Shown here: positions 56,091-64,000 of the stretch, piece after piece
Position numbering within the stretch: the first letter of the stretch is position 1
Layout: every line of letters starts with the position of its first letter
From: a phage
Strand: one strand, 5' to 3'
Length of the DNA stretch: 64,000 nt
Assembly (NCBI GenBank): GCA_020241865.1
Contig: GCA_020241865.1_4709.1
Notes under the pieces: generated by a model
Database searches by the model: none
Told to the model about the DNA's origin: nothing
The model's input: the letters and a program-made list of their open reading frames with translations, nothing else
Made by a program: the position numbers and the translations under genes

Positions 56091-56777
56091 TTAAGACGTT
56101 GCCATCTTATCTTCCAGAGACTTCTTCGGTAAACCATGGATAACTCCTTCCGGGGTTAAGAACACACAGTCTGGATTCTGCGTTCGCGAACGGTCGTCTG
56201 GAGTGTTCAACGAGAACAACAACGCAGAAATACCTTTCGTCCGGTTTAACGTCGCTACGATCACGTCAAGCTGCCGTAGTGCATCCGATACCGTTCGATG
56301 AGGAACGATACGTGACTGTTTGAAGCTGGCTAACCGCCAAGTCTCGAACAAACAACGCAGTTTAAACACGTCAGACGGAACAGCAGTAGATCCCTGTTCG
56401 ATAACCTCAACCCGATCAGCTTCAGGATAACCTACGGCAACCGCACTAAAGTGTCTTACCCCATTATGAAAATCATCGATAGATGCTTCAGCGTATTTAC
56501 ATACCGTGCCAGAAACGACCATCACTTTTGCTAAACCGCGATAATTGATCGTCAACGGAATACGAAATACACGTAAAGCATGTTCCGGATTTAATGAGAC
56601 GTCGTTAACCTTCGTTGCGGTCAGCTTACCACGCTCGTAACGTGCGGTGAACGGCAGCCCGTCATAAACGGGATTGATTACAACGCCCCCTGGGGAGGCG
56701 TTAGCGTTAAGATGGACATTAAGCCAATCGGATACTTCCTGTCTACTAGTTACGATTAACATAAAACGGTCCTCCAT
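56091..56777 (-). CDS. hypothetical protein (~228 aa)
   Basis: ORF 56091..56816; internal ATG 56777 with AAGGA RBS just downstream of upstream stop. Confidence 0.6.
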   Translation of the reverse strand: MEDRFMLIVTSRQEVSDWLNVHLNANASPGGVVINPVYDGLPFTARYERGKLTATKVNDVSLNPEHALRVFRIPLTINYRGLAKVMVVSGTVCKYAEASIDDFHNGVRHFSAVAVGYPEADRVEVIEQGSTAVPSDVFKLRCLFETWRLASFKQSRIVPHRTVSDALRQLDVIVATLNRTKGISALLFSLNTPDDRSRTQNPDCVFLTPEGVIHGLPKKSLEDKMATS

Positions 56778-56787
56778 TTCTTTTCCT

Positions 56788-57438
56788 TTATTCATGACGA
56801 GTATCTTCCAAATCATCCCTTTGTTTTGTAAATTCTGATTGCTTGCGATAAACCGTCCACGAATCGTATATGCCGTGAAAGTTCAAATGACGTGCATTTA
56901 AGTTAACGGTGAATTCTTCCACAGAGGAGAAATCCGAACGAAGCATCGAATGGAAGGCGTCATCTCCGGTGCAGCCCCCGTATCCCTCACCCTGATAGAT
57001 CAAAAGCTGATGTGGTTGAATACGCGCGGCAACCAGCGCAGCTTGTGGTTCGCAGTAAGGCGGCCACGACAGTAAAATAACATCGTACTGTGAAAGATCG
57101 ATGTTCGTGTAGTCGACCTGCTGAATGTCCTCGATAAACGGGTGGGGATGTAATTCCGTATCGTAGGCGGTAACGTCCTCAACACCAAGTTTACGTAGTA
57201 CATAAGTCAGGTAACCTGTCCCACAACCCAAATCAGCGACACGTCGCCCGTAACAGATATTCGCTAACTGGAGCGCGGTATCCATGGTTAACAACGACCA
57301 TCCAATGTGCTGGGTACATTCTTCACGCACACTCCATTGTTGATGGTACGTCATGGGTTCTATGATACTAGCAAGCTGCTGGTACGGCAATGGCATTCTG
57401 GTTTCGCCTTGCGTGAGTAATGCAATAACGTTGTTCAT
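56788..57438 (-). CDS. SAM-dependent methyltransferase (class I Rossmann fold)
   Basis: motif I VADLGCGTGYLT and PPY-like motif LLSWPPY; substrate (DNA, RNA or protein) cannot be decided. Confidence 0.6.
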   Translation of the reverse strand: MNNVIALLTQGETRMPLPYQQLASIIEPMTYHQQWSVREECTQHIGWSLLTMDTALQLANICYGRRVADLGCGTGYLTYVLRKLGVEDVTAYDTELHPHPFIEDIQQVDYTNIDLSQYDVILLSWPPYCEPQAALVAARIQPHQLLIYQGEGYGGCTGDDAFHSMLRSDFSSVEEFTVNLNARHLNFHGIYDSWTVYRKQSEFTKQRDDLEDTRHE

Positions 57439-57458
57439 TTTGTTTCCTTTTTTATCAG

Positions 57459-57486
57459 CATAAACCCTCCCGTGCCGGGAGGGTAC
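57459..57486 (-). terminator. GC-rich palindromic hairpin (family member)
   Basis: CATAAACCCTCCCG-TGC-CGGGAGGG, 8-bp stem. Confidence 0.5.
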
Positions 57487-57488
57487 GA

Positions 57489-57917
57489 TTATTCATTTTC
57501 AATAACTTTAAGATTCGGCGTACCGAGTGTTTTCTTGACCAACGCCTCAGCAACGCGTTTCTCGATGAAATCGGTCGCATTGCTTCCGTCTATCGTGCGC
57601 ATGTCACCACGGAAGTTATTGAAGACCATAAACAAGTCGCAACCGTCGATAGGTATCGCAAGATCATAACTGACTTGTGATGCCGTGAAATGGACACCGA
57701 CGACAACGGCGGGAACGAATTTAACCGCTGTGTTATCTCCTTCTTCTCCGGTTCCGAACGGAAGCTCAACCCGATCACCGATAGAAAATTGCGCAACATC
57801 ACCAATGATGCGAGTTAATGCTGCTCGTTGCATGTCGGCGATATTTTCCTTATTCGCGTCGCAAGGTAGGTCTAAGACTTCTTCCAACGTGAAGAATTTA
57901 CGATCGAACCAGCTCAT
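57489..57917 (-). CDS. hypothetical protein (142 aa)
   Basis: ATG with AAAGGAG RBS. Confidence 0.65.
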   Translation of the reverse strand: MSWFDRKFFTLEEVLDLPCDANKENIADMQRAALTRIIGDVAQFSIGDRVELPFGTGEEGDNTAVKFVPAVVVGVHFTASQVSYDLAIPIDGCDLFMVFNNFRGDMRTIDGSNATDFIEKRVAEALVKKTLGTPNLKVIENE

Positions 57918-57918
57918 G

Positions 57919-58452
57919 TTAAGCTCCTTTCTGTTTGATTGATGATGTTAACCACGATGATCTTACCGTGAAACCCTCGGACTCGTAGAACGCCTGGGCT
58001 TCGTCGTTATCAGCACGAACATCCAGGCCGATAGAATGCCCGCCGCATCGGTAAGCGATGTTACGTGCTTCGTTCATCAAGGCGTGGCCGATCCCGCGTC
58101 CACGGTATTTCGGTTTTACAACAATCGATGTAACATCATGAATGCCCATATGGCTCTCTGTATTCACTTCCAAGAGGCCTACCGGTATCGAAGCGATGGT
58201 GTCGATCATAACGACCAACTTTGCGGTGTCCGGTAAACGCTTCTCTAATTCTAAGGCATCGTACTCGCGTTTTAAATCGGGGATATTCTCAAACATAAAC
58301 GTGGTTGCCCATGCCTCTGATTCTACATCATCGAGAATACGGTACAGCTCACGAATCTGTCGTTTATGTGGGTAAAGGTGTGGATCGGCAGCCGTTGAGG
58401 CGATAACGCAATAGAACGGCCGTTCATTAATAACTACTGTTTTGATGCTCAT
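57919..58452 (-). CDS. GNAT-family N-acetyltransferase
   Basis: acetyl-CoA binding motif VKPKYRGRGIGHALMNEA and C-terminal AFYESEGF. Confidence 0.7.
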   Translation of the reverse strand: MSIKTVVINERPFYCVIASTAADPHLYPHKRQIRELYRILDDVESEAWATTFMFENIPDLKREYDALELEKRLPDTAKLVVMIDTIASIPVGLLEVNTESHMGIHDVTSIVVKPKYRGRGIGHALMNEARNIAYRCGGHSIGLDVRADNDEAQAFYESEGFTVRSSWLTSSIKQKGA

Positions 58453-58955
58453 GCTAAAATTCCCTCATTACCTAACAGTCGATTACGGTGACGTCGGTAC
58501 ATTTGACAAAGTGTTGTGATTTGATAAAGTTTGTTATAACGTAATTCGATACGTTTTTGCACCTCTTTCCATGAAAGTTTATCATATTGCCGATAACGAT
58601 GGATTTCATTCAACATCCGAAGACGCGTAGGATCGGTATTCTTTATTGTTACGAGCTTCACGCGTTGGTATCCGCGCTGCAACCCCGATTCAGAATACGT
58701 AATGCCGAACTCATCCTGAATGATAGTAATGATCTCCCGCCATCGGCGCTTCTCGCCGTCACGTAAATGGACAACCCGCGATAAGATATCGTTCCGATTA
58801 CGATGACTCAGTTTAATGTTAAGCATTGAAGCAATCGCGCTAATTGCTCTCTGACTCCGCCCTAACGCCTCACCGATCTCTTTCGATGTCATGACGCCAG
58901 CGTTTCGACGTATGAATGCGATTTCGGTTGTTGTGTATTCTTTACCTGCCGCCAT
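58449..58955 (-). CDS. HTH DNA-binding protein, member 1 of six-gene paralog array
   Basis: YTTTEIAFIRRNAGVMTSKEIGEALGRSQRAI HTH repeat plus two WxEIxxxIxxEF...Y...LxQxY repeats; overlaps upstream paralog. Confidence 0.65.
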   Translation of the reverse strand: MAAGKEYTTTEIAFIRRNAGVMTSKEIGEALGRSQRAISAIASMLNIKLSHRNRNDILSRVVHLRDGEKRRWREIITIIQDEFGITYSESGLQRGYQRVKLVTIKNTDPTRLRMLNEIHRYRQYDKLSWKEVQKRIELRYNKLYQITTLCQMYRRHRNRLLGNEGILA

Positions 58956-59503
58956 TTCTTACCACGCGTGTTATAATAGTAACGTTGACAAAGATGTGTG
59001 TGATGGTACTCCCGTTTGAACTCGACATTGATAATGCGAGCAACTTCTCTCCAGCTAACCCCTTCATGTCGAAGTGTCGTGATACGGTCTGAAATTTTGC
59101 ACCATTCACCAGGATCGTATCGTCGCAGTTTATGACGTCGTATTACGGAGGCGACGCTCGCTTTCGAGCGACCAAGATGATTCGACATTCGTTTAATCGA
59201 GTATCTATGGATATTATCGCGAATATAGGAAAGCTCGTTGTCTGTATACGTCGCGTTGGTTCTCGGCGAAGGGAACAATACGTATAACTTATTCTTAATC
59301 GCGCTTTCTGTGCGTTGAAACACGGTAACCAGTTCACTAATCGATGGTCTAGGTATTTGATACGCGTAATTCTCGAGGCGTGAGAGTTCCTCATCTGTCC
59401 AGCGGCGGTATTTGCGCATGGGCAACTCCTTTGTTTTTCGTGTAATAACACCAACGTTGATACAACGCATGTTTATTCGTTGTAATCCCAAATTTAACAA
59501 CAA
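58889..59503 (-). CDS. Myb/SANT-like HTH protein, paralog 2 (true start probably near 59422)
   Basis: RWTDEELSRLENY (Myb-like), YTDNELSYIRDN...LGRSKASV, WREVARIINVEF...LCQRYYY. Confidence 0.65.
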   Translation of the reverse strand: MLLNLGLQRINMRCINVGVITRKTKELPMRKYRRWTDEELSRLENYAYQIPRPSISELVTVFQRTESAIKNKLYVLFPSPRTNATYTDNELSYIRDNIHRYSIKRMSNHLGRSKASVASVIRRHKLRRYDPGEWCKISDRITTLRHEGVSWREVARIINVEFKREYHHTHLCQRYYYNTRGKKWRQVKNTQQPKSHSYVETLAS

Positions 59504-59894
59504 CGTCGTATGTGATAATATTCCAATTTTGGGTGACGTTAAGTCGTTCCGCGATAAACGCGATAATCGCTTCCCGTTCTTGCTTGGTTAACGCACGACG
59601 AATTCCATTAAGCCGTATAAACTGACGAACCGAGTCATACGAACGGTTTAAATCATACGCAATCTCCCTCAGCGATTTTTGTTTGATTACGGACTTGATG
59701 TACGCACGTTCTTCTTCCGTATACGGTCGATGCTTCTGGCGTTGACGTATTCCCAAACGCCCCAGACACGCGTCGATGCTGGCGTATGTTCGTCCTGTCC
59801 GTTGTGCGATTTCATCAATCGTCAGCGGCGTGTTCAAGTACATGTGTGTAACATCTTTTAACTCATCGTTACGCCACGGCCGAGGTCGTCGCAT
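59391..59894 (-). CDS. Myb/SANT-like HTH protein, paralog 3
   Basis: three-repeat architecture shared with neighbours. Confidence 0.7.
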   Translation of the reverse strand: MRRPRPWRNDELKDVTHMYLNTPLTIDEIAQRTGRTYASIDACLGRLGIRQRQKHRPYTEEERAYIKSVIKQKSLREIAYDLNRSYDSVRQFIRLNGIRRALTKQEREAIIAFIAERLNVTQNWNIITYDVVVKFGITTNKHALYQRWCYYTKNKGVAHAQIPPLDR

Positions 59895-60372
59895 CTTGTA
59901 TCCCTCTTTTCTTTCTATGATGCCACCAACGCTGATAAACAGCTTGCTTCGTCCGTGTTATGCCAAAATGCGCATTAACCCGTTCAGCAATGTGGTACCA
60001 ATCCTGCGTTTCTTCTAACAATGCATCAACGAAGGCTATGAAGATCTTAGTATCATCCTCGCTTAACCGCTTGAAGCCATGGCGGTGTGCTATTGTTCGA
60101 ATACTGTTTGGATCTCTGTTTAAATCGCGTGCGAGCTGTTTGTAACTTTTGTGCTTACAGTGTAGTCTGATATGTTCTAATTCATCGACGCTGAAACGTT
60201 TATGCGGTTTACGGCGTTCGACGTTTAAGTACCTCAACCTTGATTCGATTGCACCGTACGTCGTTTCCATGATTTCCGCGATTTCACGGATTTTTAATTT
60301 CGGGCGACGATCGTATAGTTTCAGCAACTGCTCATCGTACTTACGATTCCATCGTCGTACTGGGGGTTTCAC
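59869..60372 (-). CDS. Myb/SANT-like HTH protein, paralog 4
   Basis: three-repeat architecture shared with neighbours. Confidence 0.7.
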   Translation of the reverse strand: MKPPVRRWNRKYDEQLLKLYDRRPKLKIREIAEIMETTYGAIESRLRYLNVERRKPHKRFSVDELEHIRLHCKHKSYKQLARDLNRDPNSIRTIAHRHGFKRLSEDDTKIFIAFVDALLEETQDWYHIAERVNAHFGITRTKQAVYQRWWHHRKKRGIQDATTSAVA

Positions 60373-60374
60373 AA

Positions 60375-60854
60375 CTAGATTTCTCCTGTTCTACGCGTTT
60401 TTAATGCTTGAGTGTAGTAAAGGGTATGAACACCGCTTAACGTGTAATGGGTGTTAAATTCGTTATTGATGATATTCTGTATTCTCTCCCAGGTTTTCTT
60501 CTCTTTTCTAAGAGTATGTATTCGGTGATAGATCATCTCTCGACGTTGCGCTTTGCACGCGATAATACCGTAGCGGTAGCAGAGTTTAGCGATCGCATCC
60601 ACGCTACGATTGAACATTACCGCGGCTTCTTTCACGCTGTGCGTCTTGAGATAATCGGCTAACATCACGCGTTCTTCGAAACAACAATAGCGGTGACGCG
60701 ACGTGAGTTTCCAGCGCTTGCGATTACGGTTAATTCGACCTTGAACCGAACCTTCCGTTCGGCCAAGTCGTACCGCAATCTCTTGCATCGGTATACCGTT
60801 TCGGTACAGGGTAATCAACATCGCATCTTCTTCGGGTGTCCAGTCCTTGACCAT
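60375..60854 (-). CDS. Myb/SANT-like HTH protein, paralog 5
   Basis: WTPEEDAMLITLYRNGIPMQEIAVRLGRTEGSVQGR is a close match to a Myb repeat. Confidence 0.7.
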   Translation of the reverse strand: MVKDWTPEEDAMLITLYRNGIPMQEIAVRLGRTEGSVQGRINRNRKRWKLTSRHRYCCFEERVMLADYLKTHSVKEAAVMFNRSVDAIAKLCYRYGIIACKAQRREMIYHRIHTLRKEKKTWERIQNIINNEFNTHYTLSGVHTLYYTQALKTRRTGEI

Positions 60855-60866
60855 AATGCCACCCCA

Positions 60867-63557
<2,691 letters not shown>

Positions 63558-63579
63558 AAAATTGTCAAAATGTACATCG

Positions 63580-63612
63580 GCATAACGCCCGTGCCCGCCC
63601 GTGATGGGAGGG
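63580..63612 (-). terminator. possible weak family member hairpin
   Basis: CATAACGCCCGTGCCCGCCC-GTGAT-GGGAGGG; imperfect. Confidence 0.3.
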
Positions 63613-63637
63613 ACACAGGCAATACGCTTTTATTTCA

Positions 63638-63991
63638 TCAAGACTTCACAACGCATTCGACTTCGTCGTTCATATAGGCTTCGTATAAAGACAGTACTTC
63701 CTTCATTTTAATTTCAGGTAACGCAACAGAACGAATCGCTTTCAGGATATTCCGTGTCTGATGATGTTTAACCTTCGCTTCACGTAGTTTACAGAATTGA
63801 CGGATGCAGGTATTAACTTTACCACCTTCCGCACGTTCGAGGGCGACGTGCAGTTTCAGATCCAGTAATACTTCCGTGAGTTCCTGGGTGGCAGGATCGT
63901 TACGAATAAGTCGCACCGTCCGTTCATCCGGATTCAACATCGTGAGGAACTGAAGCTTGATCTGTTCAGGTACGGGTTTCGTGTTCATCAT
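63638..63991 (-). CDS. hypothetical protein (117 aa)
   Basis: ORF near window edge. Confidence 0.55.
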   Translation of the reverse strand: MMNTKPVPEQIKLQFLTMLNPDERTVRLIRNDPATQELTEVLLDLKLHVALERAEGGKVNTCIRQFCKLREAKVKHHQTRNILKAIRSVALPEIKMKEVLSLYEAYMNDEVECVVKS

Positions 63992-64000
63992 GATGGCGTC

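Overview
This 64-kb window reads as a gene-dense segment of a large virulent tailed bacteriophage genome, with enterobacterial-like codon usage and mid-range GC. About 69 protein-coding genes are supported, almost all on the minus strand, with many 4-bp ATGA stop/start overlaps; most are hypothetical. I found no tRNA, rRNA, CRISPR array, integrase or transposase. Recognisable modules from left to right: (1) 7-17916, large proteins of unknown function (possibly virion/internal proteins) plus an M48-like Zn metallopeptidase; (2) 18138-19889 (+), a DEDDy 3'-5' exonuclease ORF with a family-B polymerase motif-A-like signature that ends early (possible split DNA polymerase); (3) 19976-25914, an array of small acidic genes including obvious tandem paralogs; (4) 29065-32132 (+), a 554-aa ORF joined to the next ORF across a T8 run (frameshift candidate) followed by a macro-domain protein; (5) 33173-48323, a receptor-binding cluster with a 1174-aa tail fibre (tandem 38-aa repeats, C-terminal S74 intramolecular-chaperone domain), four proteins sharing one N-terminal anchor domain, a DUF285-like repeat protein and a lipoprotein; (6) 50299-51920, a lysis-like cassette (SleB-like cell-wall hydrolase with signal peptide, small membrane proteins); (7) 53192-61187, accessory genes including a GNAT acetyltransferase, a SAM-dependent methyltransferase and six tandem overlapping paralogous Myb/SANT-like HTH genes; (8) 61180-63249, NAD-dependent DNA ligase. 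Non-coding structure includes at least 15 copies of a GC-rich palindromic intergenic hairpin with compensatory base changes, a duplicated ~100-bp promoter/leader/RBS cassette in front of two unrelated small genes, several hairpin-plus-T-run intrinsic terminators, and perfect palindromes in promoter regions. All functional calls rest on motif recognition by eye, with no database search; ORF-track starts often use TTG/GTG, and I moved several to internal ATGs with good Shine-Dalgarno sequences. Coordinates of small elements may be off by 1-2 nt.
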